Assembly: GCA_963721805.1 (NCBI GenBank)
Contig: CAVRJY010000001.1
Coordinates: forward strand, 288,001 to 352,000
Direction of reading: 5' to 3'
Source: Nitrospirota bacterium
GTDB lineage: Bacteria > Nitrospirota > Thermodesulfovibrionia > Thermodesulfovibrionales > JdFR-86
DNA: 64,000 nt
Below, piece after piece: positions 20,567-30,817 of this stretch (the stretch's first letter is position 1; each line of letters starts with the position of its first letter). The notes under the pieces were generated by a model. It worked only from the letters and a program-made list of their open reading frames with translations. It ran no database searches and was not told where the DNA came from. The translations under genes and the position numbers were made by a program.

Positions 20567-21491
20567 GGGCGTCCTGCTGCTCATGCTCGCGCTGTGCGCG
20601 GCCGCGCTCCTGCCGCGGCAGGCCGCCGCGGACGACAGCATCCTCCTTGACCGCGTCGTCGCGGTCGTCAATAAGGAGGTCATAACGTGGAGCGAGCTGT
20701 ATGCAGCCATGGATAGCGAGTTCGGCAAGGCCCTCTCCGCGATGAGCGACAAAGACAGGCTCGCCTTCCTGAAGTCCCGCGAGGGCGTCTACCTGGATGC
20801 GATGATCAACAACCGCCTTCAGATGCAGAGCGCGAAGAAACTCGGCATCACGCCCGCGGAGGACGAGATCGACGAGGCCATAGACGGCATTCGCAAGAAA
20901 AACAACCTCACCCCCGGGCAGTTCGAATCGGAGCTCAAGGACGCCGGCTACACCAAGGACACGTACCGCAAGAGCATCACAGAGCAGATGACCATCTCGA
21001 GGCTCGTAGACCGCGAGGTCAGGCGCAACGTGAAGGTTACGGACGAGGACGTGAAGGACTATCTAAAGGCCAGCAACCTGCCCGCGGACGGCAAGTTTTA
21101 CCATATCACGCAGGCCTACTTCAAGCTTCCGACCGAGGACAACGTCGAGGAGACCAAACAGAAGATCGCCAAGTTCATGGCCGAGGCCAACGGCGGGGCG
21201 AACTTCCGCGAACTCTCGGCCAAGTACTCAGAGAGCGCCATCGCCGAAAACGGCGGCGACATGGGCTATATACACGAGAGCAAGCTCTCGGACGAATTCA
21301 AGCACGCGGTGCAGGACCTCAAGCCCGGCGACGTGAGCCGCCCCTTCCAAAGCTCGATGGGCGTGCACATCATAAAGCTCGAGGACGTACGCACGGCCCG
21401 GCAGATGCTCGAGGCCGAGCGCTTCAGTGCGGCGTACCGCGACTGGCTCAGGGCGCTGCGCGAAGACGCGCTCGTAGAGGTCAGGCTCTAG
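20538..21491 (+). CDS. SurA-like chaperone/PPIase
   Basis: DRVVAVVNKEVIT, FRELSAKYSE..NGGDMG, GDVSRPF..GVHIIKL. Confidence 0.85.
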   Translation: MRKLSSTAIRGVLLLMLALCAAALLPRQAAADDSILLDRVVAVVNKEVITWSELYAAMDSEFGKALSAMSDKDRLAFLKSREGVYLDAMINNRLQMQSAKKLGITPAEDEIDEAIDGIRKKNNLTPGQFESELKDAGYTKDTYRKSITEQMTISRLVDREVRRNVKVTDEDVKDYLKASNLPADGKFYHITQAYFKLPTEDNVEETKQKIAKFMAEANGGANFRELSAKYSESAIAENGGDMGYIHESKLSDEFKHAVQDLKPGDVSRPFQSSMGVHIIKLEDVRTARQMLEAERFSAAYRDWLRALREDALVEVRL

Positions 21492-21611
21492 AGAGCCCCG
21501 CCGCTCTTGTACGCCAAACGGTTTTTCGATCTGGAGGGGCCGCGGCCCCGCATTGACCCCGCGCCGCAAATATCGTAAAATCAATTGCTGAATTCAAGGA
21601 GGGCTGATCGG

Positions 21612-22076
21612 ATGAAGGTAATACAGGGCGACCTGCAGGCCAAGGGCCTGAGGTTCGGCATAGTCGTCAGCAGGTTTAACGATTTCATCACCTCGAGGCT
21701 CCTGGAAGGGGCCGAGGACGCCCTCGTGCGCCACGGGGCCAAGGGCGAGGAGATCGAGGTAGTGAAGGTCCCCGGCGCGTTCGAGATCCCGATAGCCGCG
21801 AAGAAGCTCGCCGCGACCGGCAGGTACGACGCCATCATATGCCTGGGCACGGTGATACGCGGCGCCACGCCACACTTCGACTATATAGCCTCCGAGGTCT
21901 CCAAGGGCATAGCCGCAGTGAGCCTCGAGCACTCGGTCCCTGTGGCGTTCGGCGTGCTCACGACCGACACGATAGAGCAGGCGGTCGAGCGCGCTGGCAC
22001 CAAGAGCGGCAACAAGGGCTGGGACTCCGCGGTCACCGCGATCGAGATGGCACAGCTCTTCAAGAAGCTAGGCTGA
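21612..22076 (+). CDS. ribH: Lumazine synthase
   Basis: [29 protein letters not shown]. Confidence 0.97.
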   Translation: MKVIQGDLQAKGLRFGIVVSRFNDFITSRLLEGAEDALVRHGAKGEEIEVVKVPGAFEIPIAAKKLAATGRYDAIICLGTVIRGATPHFDYIASEVSKGIAAVSLEHSVPVAFGVLTTDTIEQAVERAGTKSGNKGWDSAVTAIEMAQLFKKLG

Positions 22077-22092
22077 CGGGCGGCCCGCGCCT

Positions 22093-22491
22093 ATGAAGCG
22101 CAGGAGGGCACGCGAGTACGCCCTGCAGCTGCTTTTCCAGCACGATTTCGCCCCTGGCGTCGATATCGACTACGAGAGTTTCTGGGCCGACAAGGACGAG
22201 GACGACTCGGTGAAGGCCTTCGCGCGCTCGATCGTAGTGGGCACGCTAGGGCACCTCGCGGAGATCGACGCCGCGATATCGGCCGCGGCCGAACACTGGG
22301 AGATGAGCCGCATGGCCGCTGTGGACCGCAACATCCTGCGCGCCGGGGCCTACGAGCTGATGTTCGCCCCGGACATCCCTCCGAAGGTCGCGATCAACGA
22401 GGCCCTCGAGGTAGCCAAGAAATTTTCTTCGCAGGATTCCGCCCCATTCATCAACGGCATCCTTGACAGGATCGCCAACAGGAACAGGTAA
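22093..22491 (+). CDS. nusB: Transcription antitermination factor
   Basis: RRRAREYALQ, DRNILR, INEALE, FINGILD. Confidence 0.96.
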   Translation: MKRRRAREYALQLLFQHDFAPGVDIDYESFWADKDEDDSVKAFARSIVVGTLGHLAEIDAAISAAAEHWEMSRMAAVDRNILRAGAYELMFAPDIPPKVAINEALEVAKKFSSQDSAPFINGILDRIANRNR

Positions 22492-23225
22492 TGAGCGGCG
22501 CCGCCATCCTGACCGCGGTGCTCTCCGACGTCCATTCAAACCTCTCCGCGCTGACCTCGGTGCTCGATGACGCGCGGTCGCGCGGGGCCGGGCGGTTCTG
22601 GTTTCTGGGCGACGCGGTCGGATACGGCCCCGACCCCAACGAGTGCGTGGACCTGCTTTTCCATACGGCCTCGGTGATGGTGCTCGGCAACCACGACGCC
22701 GCGGTGCTCAGGGCCGAGGAGGCCGCGCGCTTTAACCGCTACGCGGCCGAGGTCGTCGACTGGACGCGCAACGAGCTCGACTCGAGCAATATCGCCGTGC
22801 TGCACTCGATGCGCCTTACCGCATCCGTCGAGGACGTGCTGTTGGTGCACGCCTCCCCCGACGAGCCCGGGATGTGGTACTACCTCACCGGCGCGCCGTC
22901 GGTCGCCTCTGTCGCGAACAGTTTTATAGAGCGCATCTGCATGGTCGGCCACACTCACGCCCCGTTCATCGTCGAACTCAGGGCCGACGGCCGGTTGTTC
23001 ACACACCAGAAGGCCGTCGCGTTCGCCGAGGGTTCGAGGTATGTCATCAACGCAGGGAGCGTCGGGCAGCCCCGCGACGGCGACCCGCGCGCCGCATACG
23101 TCCTGATGGGCGCCGGGCATGCCGAGGTCGTACGCGTCTCGTACGACATAGCCGAGTGCAAGCGCAGGATGCGCGAACGCGGACTTCCGGAGCCGCTTAT
23201 ACGGCGGCTCGCGATGGGGGTGTGA
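22491..23225 (+). CDS. Calcineurin-like metallophosphoesterase
   Basis: SDVHSN, GDAVGYG, GNHD, GHTH, GSVGQPRDGD. Confidence 0.93.
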   Translation: MSGAAILTAVLSDVHSNLSALTSVLDDARSRGAGRFWFLGDAVGYGPDPNECVDLLFHTASVMVLGNHDAAVLRAEEAARFNRYAAEVVDWTRNELDSSNIAVLHSMRLTASVEDVLLVHASPDEPGMWYYLTGAPSVASVANSFIERICMVGHTHAPFIVELRADGRLFTHQKAVAFAEGSRYVINAGSVGQPRDGDPRAAYVLMGAGHAEVVRVSYDIAECKRRMRERGLPEPLIRRLAMGV

Positions 23226-23908
23226 TGCTCCAGCTTCAGCTCGGGCTTCCCTTCCAGTCATACGAGGGCCCGGATGCGATAAGGGCCGCGCTCGAGCGCG
23301 TATACGGCAGGCAGCTCTCTTTGGTCCTGACCGAGAACGTCCGGAGCCTGCTGTCTCTGAGACCGGGGCGCGAGGGCGTGCCGGAGGTGCGGCTGCACAG
23401 GATGTTTCTCACAGCCCCCTCCGAGGTGATCGAGGAGGTCGGGCAGTACATAAAATGCCGCAAGGGCCGGACCCCGCTTTTCTGGAGGTTCGTCAAGGGC
23501 AACGAGCACCTGATCGGACAGCCCGCGCCGAGGCGCGTCGCGATGCATACCGAGGGACGCTACCACGACCTCTCGGAGATGTTCGATGAGATCAACGCCG
23601 AGATGTTCCAGGGCAGGCTCCGCTGCGGCGTGACCTGGGGCCATGGCGTGAAGGGCCGCGTCAGGCGGCGTACGCTCGGGAGCTATTCCCCGGCCGCCAA
23701 CACGATACGCATCAACTCCATGCTCGACCGGCGGGACGTGCCTTCATACTACGTGGGCTATGTGCTCTACCACGAGATGCTGCACGCGGACATGGGCATC
23801 GGCGATATCGGGGGCAGGAGGGTCATACACCCGAGGGAGTTCAGGGAGCGCGAGAAACAGTACCCGCACCATGCGCGCGCGGTCGCTTACGAGGGCAGAA
23901 GGCCGTAA
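23225..23908 (+). CDS. SprT-like Zn metallopeptidase
   Basis: YHEMLH HExxH motif, LGSY, HPREFRERE. Confidence 0.8.
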   Translation: MLQLQLGLPFQSYEGPDAIRAALERVYGRQLSLVLTENVRSLLSLRPGREGVPEVRLHRMFLTAPSEVIEEVGQYIKCRKGRTPLFWRFVKGNEHLIGQPAPRRVAMHTEGRYHDLSEMFDEINAEMFQGRLRCGVTWGHGVKGRVRRRTLGSYSPAANTIRINSMLDRRDVPSYYVGYVLYHEMLHADMGIGDIGGRRVIHPREFREREKQYPHHARAVAYEGRRP

Positions 23909-23952
23909 GAGAGAGAGAGAGGGGCCGGTCTGGAATTTTTTCTGAGTTGTGC

Positions 23953-23988
23953 CGCTGCAAATTCAAGCGCAGCGAGAATTTGCAGCGC
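23953..23988. terminator. Hairpin between convergent genes
   Basis: cgctgcaaattc...gaatttgcagcg 12-bp inverted repeat. Confidence 0.55.
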
Positions 23989-23991
23989 TTT

Positions 23992-26636
23992 CTAGTGGGC
24001 CTTGGCCCAGTTCGGGCCGATTCCCAGATCAACCTTTATCGGCACGCTCATTTCCACCGCGCCCTCCATCTCCTCGCGCACCAGCTCCGCCAGCTTATGC
24101 GCCTCGTCCTTCGGCGACTCGCACAAGAGTTCGTCATGCACTTGAAGGATCATGCGGCCCGAGAGGTGCTCTTTCTTAATCCGCCTGTCGAGGTTGATCA
24201 TCGCGATCTTTATGACCTCCGCTGCCGAGCCCTGCACCGGCGTGTTCACCGCGAGCCGCTCACCTGCCTGACGGGTCGATGCGTTAGAGCTTTTAAGCTC
24301 CGGCACAGGGCGGCGGCGCCCGGCTATCGTCGTGACATACCCGCGTTCGCGCGCCTCGGCTATCGTGCGGTCGATGTACTCGCGCACTCCGGGGTGGCGC
24401 TCGAAGTACCGCTTTATGTAGTCGTCCGCCTCCTGCCGCGAGATGCCGAGGCCCTCTGAGAGGCCGTATGCGGTCTGGCCGTAAATCACGCCGAAGTTCA
24501 CGGTCTTTGCTGCGCGCCTCATATCGGCCGTCACGCGCGAGGCAGGGACGCCGAATATCTCGGAGGCGGTCTTGGCATGGACGTCCGCGCCGTGTGCGAA
24601 GGCCTCCTTGAGCGTGGCGTCGCAGCTCAGGTGCGCCAGTATCCTTAGCTCGATCTGGCTGTAGTCGGCCGAGATGAGCAGGCTGCCTCCCTCGGCTATA
24701 AAGGCCTCCCTGATGCGCCTGCCCCAGTCGCCGCGGATCGGGATGTTCTGGAGATTCGGCTCCGAGCTCGATAGCCTGCCGGTCGCGGTCGAGGCCTGAT
24801 TGAACGAGGTATGCACGCGGCCCGTGGCCGGGTTTATCAGGCCGGGCAGGACGTCGACGTATGTGTTTTTTAGCTTGCTTAAGGTGCGCCATGAAAGCAC
24901 CTCGGCCGGGAGCTCATGTGTCTTCGCGAGCTCCTCGAGCACTGCCATGTCGGTGGAGTACCCGGTCTTTTTCTTCTTCCCGGGCTTGAGCCCGAGGCGA
25001 TCAAAGAGCACCTCGCCCAGCTGCTTGGGGGAGTTAATGTTGAACTCGCCCCCGGCGATGAAGTATATCCTGCCCTTGAGGGATTCGAGCTCTCGCTCGA
25101 GTTCGCGGCCTATGCCGTGGAGCACATCGGGCGCGACCTTCACCCCGGCGGTCTCGATATTGACGAGCACCGGCACGAGCGGCATCTCGATCTCGTTAAA
25201 CACGACCGCCAACCCCTGCGCGTCCATCAGCGGCAGCATCGCGGCCTTAAGCGAGAACGCGAGCTCCGCGTCCTCGGCGGCATACGGCACCGCATCTTCG
25301 AGCGAGACGTGCTCGAACCCCCGATTGCCGCCCGCGACTTCCTTATAAGGCCTTTTCGCGCGGCCGAGGTGCTCGAGCCCGACGCTCTCGAGGGAGTGCT
25401 CGGCGCGGTTTGGGTTAAGGAGGCTGGAGGCGACCATCGTATCGAACAGCGGGCCGCGCAGCGTGACGCCCGCTGAGTTCAGCACGATCATGTCAAACTT
25501 GATGTTATGGCCGATCTTCGTGATATGCCGGTCGGACATCACGCGGCCGAGAAGCTTAAGCGCGTCATGCGCCGGGATCTGGCCTTCTAGGCCCTCGTGG
25601 GCGAGCGGGACGTATACCGCATGGCCCTTTTCGGCGCATAGCGAGAACCCCACAAGAGAGGCCCTCATCGGGTCGAGCCCTGTGGTCTCGGTATCGAGCG
25701 CGACCTCGCCCTTTATCGACGAGAGGAATTTCTCAAGCTCGGCCTCGCTTAATATCGCCTTATACTTCCGGGGGCCAGCGGCCCCTCTTCTTCGCGGGGG
25801 ATGAGCTTCATGAGCGAGGTAAATCCGAGCTCGCGGAATATCCCGGCGAGCTCGTGCCAGCGCGGGGGGAGGAGCTTGAAGGTATCCTTCTTGAGGTCGA
25901 GCGGGACCTTGTGGTTGATCTCGGCAAGCTGCTGGCTCAGCCTCATGCTCTCCCGGCCCTCGACGATGAGCGTCCTAGTGCGCTCGCGCTTTATGCGCTC
26001 GGGGTGAGCGAGCATCTCATCAAGGCTGTGAAACTCGGCCAGCAGCTCGCGGGCGGTCTTCTCGCCTATGCCCTTGACGCCGGGGATGTTGTCCGAGGCG
26101 TCGCCGACGAGCGCCATGTACTCGGTGACGCGCTTTGGAGGCACGCCTATCTTATCCTCGACCGCGCGGCTGTCTAATTCGATGTCCTTCATCGGGTCGT
26201 AGACTCTGATGTGCGGCCCGACGAGCTGCATCATGTCCTTGTCGCTCGTGACGATAAAGGCGTCCGAGCCGTGGCGGACCGCCTCGTCCGCGAGCGTGGC
26301 CAGCACGTCGTCGGCCTCGTATCCTGGCATCTCGAACGTGCGTATGCCCATCGCGCTTATGATCTGCTTGATATGCGGGACCTGCGCGATAAGGTCGTCC
26401 GGGGTCTCCGGGCGCTGGGCCTTGTAGTCTTCGAACAGGAGGTGGCGTTCGGTCGGGTGCGGGGTGTCGAAGGCGACGATCACGGCCTCGGGCCTGCGCT
26501 CGCGGATGATCTTTAAAAGCATGTTCGTAAAGCCTAATATCGCTCCGGTGGGGCGGCCTTGCGAGTCCGTGAGACCGCGTATCGCGTAGTATGCGCGGTA
26601 TACGTAGGAGTTGCCGTCTATGAGATAGATGGCCAT
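23992..26636 (-). CDS. polA: DNA polymerase I, frameshifted near 25770 (probable sequencing indel)
   Basis: 5' nuclease (LIDGNS, GYEADD, DNIPGVKGIG) and Klenow part (DTETTGLD, ADYSQIELR, LQVHDEL) in two frames joined at a G/C run. Confidence 0.95.
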
Positions 26637-26765
26637 TAACCAGAGTTTAACACAGCGCATGCGGCCGCGTTAACGCCAGCCGCGCCGGGCCGCTTCATTT
26701 GAGATCGCGGAAAGTGGTAAATTAGATGTGTCTTAACGATCAGCCTGGATTAAGGAGGACAGCGT

Positions 26766-27239
26766 ATGGAACGGGTTCCAATGACGCCCGAGGGACATAA
26801 AGCCATGCAGGTGGAGCTCGAACGCCTGCTGAAGGTCGACCGGCCGGCCAACGTGCGGGCCATCGCCGAGGCGCGCGCTCACGGCGACCTCTCCGAGAAC
26901 GCGGAGTACCACGCGGCCAAGGAGAAGCAGAGTTTCATGGAGGGCCGCATACAGGAGCTGCAAGACAAGCTCGCGCGCGCGCAGGTCATCGACGCCTCGC
27001 AGGTCAACCACGACAAGGTCGCCTTCGGCGCGCGCGTCACGGTGCTCGACCTCGCAAGCGACGTGGAGTACGTCTTCAGGATAGTCGGCAGCGAGGAGGC
27101 GGACCTAAAGAAAGGCAGCATCTCTCTGACCTCCCCGGTGGGGAAGGCCTTAATCGGCAAGACCATCGGCGACAGCGCGATCATAAAGGCCCCGGCAAAG
27201 ACTATCGAATACGAGATCATGGGCATAGCATACGACTGA
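26766..27239 (+). CDS. greA: Transcription elongation factor
   Basis: ARAHGDLSENAEYHAAKE, SPVGKAL. Confidence 0.97.
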   Translation: MERVPMTPEGHKAMQVELERLLKVDRPANVRAIAEARAHGDLSENAEYHAAKEKQSFMEGRIQELQDKLARAQVIDASQVNHDKVAFGARVTVLDLASDVEYVFRIVGSEEADLKKGSISLTSPVGKALIGKTIGDSAIIKAPAKTIEYEIMGIAYD

Positions 27240-27997
27240 TGGAATCGCGCTCGTTTCAGGCCGAGGTCACGGGACAGAGGCAGGTCAGCCCCGGCCAGTT
27301 CGTGCTCTCGCTGAAATCGCTCTCGGAGGCACCCGAGCCCAGGGCCGGACAGTTTTATATGCTCGGCGTGGGCGACGGGTACGACCCGCTTTTGAAGCGT
27401 CCGTTTTGCATGTTCGGGTATGAGGGCGGAATCATACGCATACTCTATGCGGTGCGCGGCCGCGGGACGCGCCTGCTAAGCACGCTTAAGCCCGGCGCGG
27501 TGATCCCGGTGCTCGGGCCGCTCGGCAACGGCTACCCCGCGCCACGTCGCGGCTCTGACCCGCTGATCATAGCCGGGGGCACGGCCATAGCCTCGGTCTA
27601 CCCGCTCATCATGCAGCTTAAGAAGAAATGCCGCGTGGTATACGGCGCGCGGAGCCTTGCCGAGCTCCTGATGGTCGAGGATATAACGGCGGCCGCACGC
27701 GAGGTCCATACCTGCACCGAGGACGGCTCATGCGGCGCCCACGGAAACGTGATCGACGTCCTCGGCTCTCTCGATCTCGCTCCCTCGACGATGATTTATG
27801 CCTGCGGCCCGCGCGGGCTGGTTGACGCGGTGCAGGCCTTTGCGAAGGCTCGCGGGCTCGCGGGCGTGGTATCGCTCGAGGAGTTCATGGCATGCGGCAT
27901 CGGGGCGTGCATGGGCTGCGTCTGCAAGACAGCGCACGGATACAAGCGCGTCTGCAAGGAGGGCCCGGTGTTCCCGCTCGATGAGGTGATAATGTGA
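27239..27997 (+). CDS. pyrK: Dihydroorotate dehydrogenase electron transfer subunit
   Basis: GQF..RPF, GPLGNG, ACGP, MACGIGACMGC..CKEGPVF. Confidence 0.93.
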   Translation: MESRSFQAEVTGQRQVSPGQFVLSLKSLSEAPEPRAGQFYMLGVGDGYDPLLKRPFCMFGYEGGIIRILYAVRGRGTRLLSTLKPGAVIPVLGPLGNGYPAPRRGSDPLIIAGGTAIASVYPLIMQLKKKCRVVYGARSLAELLMVEDITAAAREVHTCTEDGSCGAHGNVIDVLGSLDLAPSTMIYACGPRGLVDAVQAFAKARGLAGVVSLEEFMACGIGACMGCVCKTAHGYKRVCKEGPVFPLDEVIM

Positions 27998-28017
27998 ACA
28001 TGCGGGCGAGTGTGAAC

Positions 28018-28926
28018 ATGCGGGTGAAGATCGGCCCGATGGAGCTTAAAAATCCGGTCATGACCGCATCAGGCACGTTTGGGTACGGGGAGGAGTTCTC
28101 GGAGTTCTTCGACCTCGCCCGCCTGGGCGCGGTAGTGATGAAGGGCATATCGGTCAATCCCAGGGAGGGGAACCCTCCGCCGCGGCTGTACGAGACGCCG
28201 TGCGGGATGCTCAACTCCATAGGGCTCCAAAACGTCGGGCTTAAAAGGTTTCTTAAAGAGAAGCTCCCATTCATCAGGCAGTTCGATACCTTGGCGATCG
28301 CGAACATACTCGGAGGCACGCCTGCGGAATTCACAAAGCTCGCGCGTGCGCTAGACGATGCCGGTCTTGACGGCATCGAGCTTAACGTCTCGTGCCCGAA
28401 CGTTAAGAAGGGCGGGCAGGTCTTCTGCTCGGACCTGCGCATGCTCGCGAGGCTCATCGCCAAGGTGCGCGCGGAGGTCAGGCACGCCGCGCTTATAGTG
28501 AAGCTCTCACCGGCGGTCGGGGACATCCGGCCGGGGGCGCGCGTGGCGGAGGCGGAGGGCGCTGACGCGATCTCGCTCATCAACACCCTGCCCGGACTCG
28601 CGGTGGACCTCGACGCGCGCCGGCCGGTTTTAGCGAACGTCGTAGGCGGGCTCTCCGGCCCGGCCATTCGGCCCGTGGCGCTCCGCATGGTATGGGAGGC
28701 CGCATCGACCGTGAAGATCCCGATTATCGGGATGGGCGGGATAACCAGCGGCCGCGAGGCGCTGGAGTTCATGCTATGCGGCGCGACGGCGGTCGCGGTC
28801 GGGACCGCCAATTTTATCGAGCCGATGTCGGCTGTGAGGGTCGTCGAGGAGATCGAAGGGTATCTGCAGGCCAAGGGCATCGGGGACGTGCGCGAACTCA
28901 TAGGCGCGCTGGAGGTGACGACTTGA
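28018..28926 (+). CDS. pyrD: Dihydroorotate dehydrogenase 1B catalytic subunit
   Basis: NPVMTASGTFG, LNVSCPNV, GGLSGPAI. Confidence 0.95.
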   Translation: MRVKIGPMELKNPVMTASGTFGYGEEFSEFFDLARLGAVVMKGISVNPREGNPPPRLYETPCGMLNSIGLQNVGLKRFLKEKLPFIRQFDTLAIANILGGTPAEFTKLARALDDAGLDGIELNVSCPNVKKGGQVFCSDLRMLARLIAKVRAEVRHAALIVKLSPAVGDIRPGARVAEAEGADAISLINTLPGLAVDLDARRPVLANVVGGLSGPAIRPVALRMVWEAASTVKIPIIGMGGITSGREALEFMLCGATAVAVGTANFIEPMSAVRVVEEIEGYLQAKGIGDVRELIGALEVTT

Positions 28927-29705
28927 TCGCACTGCTGACGGACTTCGGGACGCGCGACCCCTTCGCAGGGATATTGAAGGGCATCATAGCCGGGATCAAC
29001 GCCGGTGCGAACGTCATGGATATTACGCACGAGATCCCGCCGCAGGACATACGCCGCGCCGCGCTCGTGCTCGGTGACTCGTACCGCTACTTCCCGAAGG
29101 GGACGATCTTCGTCTGCGTGATCGACCCGGACGTGGGCTCCGGCCTGAGGCGGCCCCTTTGCGTGCAGGCCGGGGAGCACTTCTTCATAGGCCCGGATAA
29201 CGGGACGTTCACCGTGCCGATCACCGAGCACCCGAACGCCACGCGGCTGTGGGAGATCACGAGCAGCAAGTACCTCCTGCCGGTGCGCGGCAGCACGTTT
29301 CATGGCCGGGACATCTATGCCCCTGTCGCGGCATGGCTTTCTAAGGGCATCGAGCCATGGGAACTCGGGCCTGAGGCCGGCTGCCCGGTTCTGATCGAGC
29401 TGCCCGTGCCCGTCCGGCGCGGAGGCGTGACGACCGGCGAGATCGTGATGATCGACCGCTTCGGAAACGCGATCACGAACATCAGGGCACGCGATATCGA
29501 GGGCTCGGAGATTGTGGTCACGGTCAAGGGCAGGGCCGTCGGCATGGTAAAGCACTACTCGGACGCCACGGACGGGAAGCCGCATGCGCTGCTAAACAGC
29601 GAGGGAAGGCTCGAGGTATTCGTCTATCTTGGGGATGCGGTGGCCGCGCTGGGGCTTGGGCTTGGCGACGAGGTTACGGTAACGTCAGGCGCGGACGCGG
29701 CGTGA
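28923..29705 (+). CDS. SAM hydroxide adenosyltransferase (DUF62 family)
   Basis: LLTDFG, DITH, DPDVG, GPDNG, STFHGRD, DRFGN. Confidence 0.92.
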   Translation: MIALLTDFGTRDPFAGILKGIIAGINAGANVMDITHEIPPQDIRRAALVLGDSYRYFPKGTIFVCVIDPDVGSGLRRPLCVQAGEHFFIGPDNGTFTVPITEHPNATRLWEITSSKYLLPVRGSTFHGRDIYAPVAAWLSKGIEPWELGPEAGCPVLIELPVPVRRGGVTTGEIVMIDRFGNAITNIRARDIEGSEIVVTVKGRAVGMVKHYSDATDGKPHALLNSEGRLEVFVYLGDAVAALGLGLGDEVTVTSGADAA

Positions 29706-30692
29706 GGATTCCCTTGCGCCAAGCTCGCTAAACGGGGTGAGCCGCTCGTAGTCATAGAGCACGGCCATCGCCGTGCTCTCGGTGTGTATCCCGGATTCCT
29801 CAAGCGCGGCCACAGGGTTGAGCCCGCCCACGATAACCATCCCCGCGCGGTCCATCCCGACCGGCATCTCCAGAAGCGGCTGGTTGGGGTTGCCCATCGT
29901 GAGTATCCCGCCTATGCCGATTTCGGCGAGACGGCGCTGCACGTCCTGCGCGGCGGCGAGGCTCATGACCGGTATCTCGCGAAAGCTCCCGAGGATCTTG
30001 CCCCGGCCCTCGGTGACGGCCGAGCCGACCGAGGTCATCCGCCCCCGGATGAACAGCACAAGCGGGTCTATCGAGGAGCCGTCGTAGCTCAGTATCGCGG
30101 TGAAGCGCGAAGGCCTGCCCTCGTCGACCTCGATCACGCCGCCGAAGCGCGAGACGACAGGGATCCCGTTTTTGAGGAAGACGCCGTTGATCGTGACGCT
30201 GCATACAGTGCCTATGGCGACCATGCCCTCCGGCACCACAGTGTCGCCGATCTGGTCGCCCTCGCGGACGAGGATCAGCTTGTCGGACATTATATAGGGC
30301 GAGCCGAAGACGCGGCCCATTACCTTGATCGCGGCCTTGACGTCGCGCGCGGGGAAAAGCGTCACGTTGAGGATGACCTTGCCCTCGCGGCGGTCGAGGT
30401 CGAACGTCGTCTGAAACGCGAGGTTCTCGATCTTGCTTATGATGAACCCCACACGGTCCGAGACGACCGCGTTTCTGAGCTCCTCGCGGCCCTTCTCGGT
30501 GATCTGGCGGCCTTCCTTGCCGAAGACCCTCGTGAAGCCGCGCTCGTCGAGCATCTTCATGTGGTAGCGCACCGTGCGCTCCGTAAGCTCGACCCCGAGG
30601 AGCGTCAGCTGCCTCGATAGCTCCCGCGAGCCTACGATCGCCTCGGGGTGCTGGTTTAGGACCTTCAGTATCGCGAGCATCTGCTTGTTCAT
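29685..30692 (-). CDS. nrpR: NrpR-family regulator (wHTH plus one NRD domain)
   Basis: LTERTVRYH..GR.ITEKG, TVCSVTINGV, YDGSSIDP, GGLNP. Confidence 0.88.
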   Translation of the reverse strand: MNKQMLAILKVLNQHPEAIVGSRELSRQLTLLGVELTERTVRYHMKMLDERGFTRVFGKEGRQITEKGREELRNAVVSDRVGFIISKIENLAFQTTFDLDRREGKVILNVTLFPARDVKAAIKVMGRVFGSPYIMSDKLILVREGDQIGDTVVPEGMVAIGTVCSVTINGVFLKNGIPVVSRFGGVIEVDEGRPSRFTAILSYDGSSIDPLVLFIRGRMTSVGSAVTEGRGKILGSFREIPVMSLAAAQDVQRRLAEIGIGGILTMGNPNQPLLEMPVGMDRAGMVIVGGLNPVAALEESGIHTESTAMAVLYDYERLTPFSELGARESSRRVRA

Positions 30693-30817
30693 AACGGTAA
30701 TTATTATAACATTTATGTATTGTGGCTCCATTTTGAGCCCGCCAACCCTGATCTGGTATTATATGTATAGATAGATAATAATTTCTTATAATCCATCCTA
30801 ACGGGGGTGACGGGCAG

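Noticed and set aside
23908..23921. (GA)n microsatellite as a phase-variation site
   Set aside because: Short and located between two convergent gene ends
25749..25800. Programmed frameshift or natural split of polA
   Set aside because: The break is at a G/C run, the downstream frame is open and coding up to the break, and similar breaks occur in five unrelated genes
27885..29585. Long antisense or alternative-frame ORFs (also 4189-5817, 7509-8744, 55777-57096, 59024-60355)
   Set aside because: Shadow ORFs expected in high-GC DNA overlapping well-supported genes; no recognisable motifs
28923..29705. Fluorinase/chlorinase
   Set aside because: Has the STFHGRD and DP-type motifs of the common DUF62 SAM hydrolase and sits in a housekeeping context
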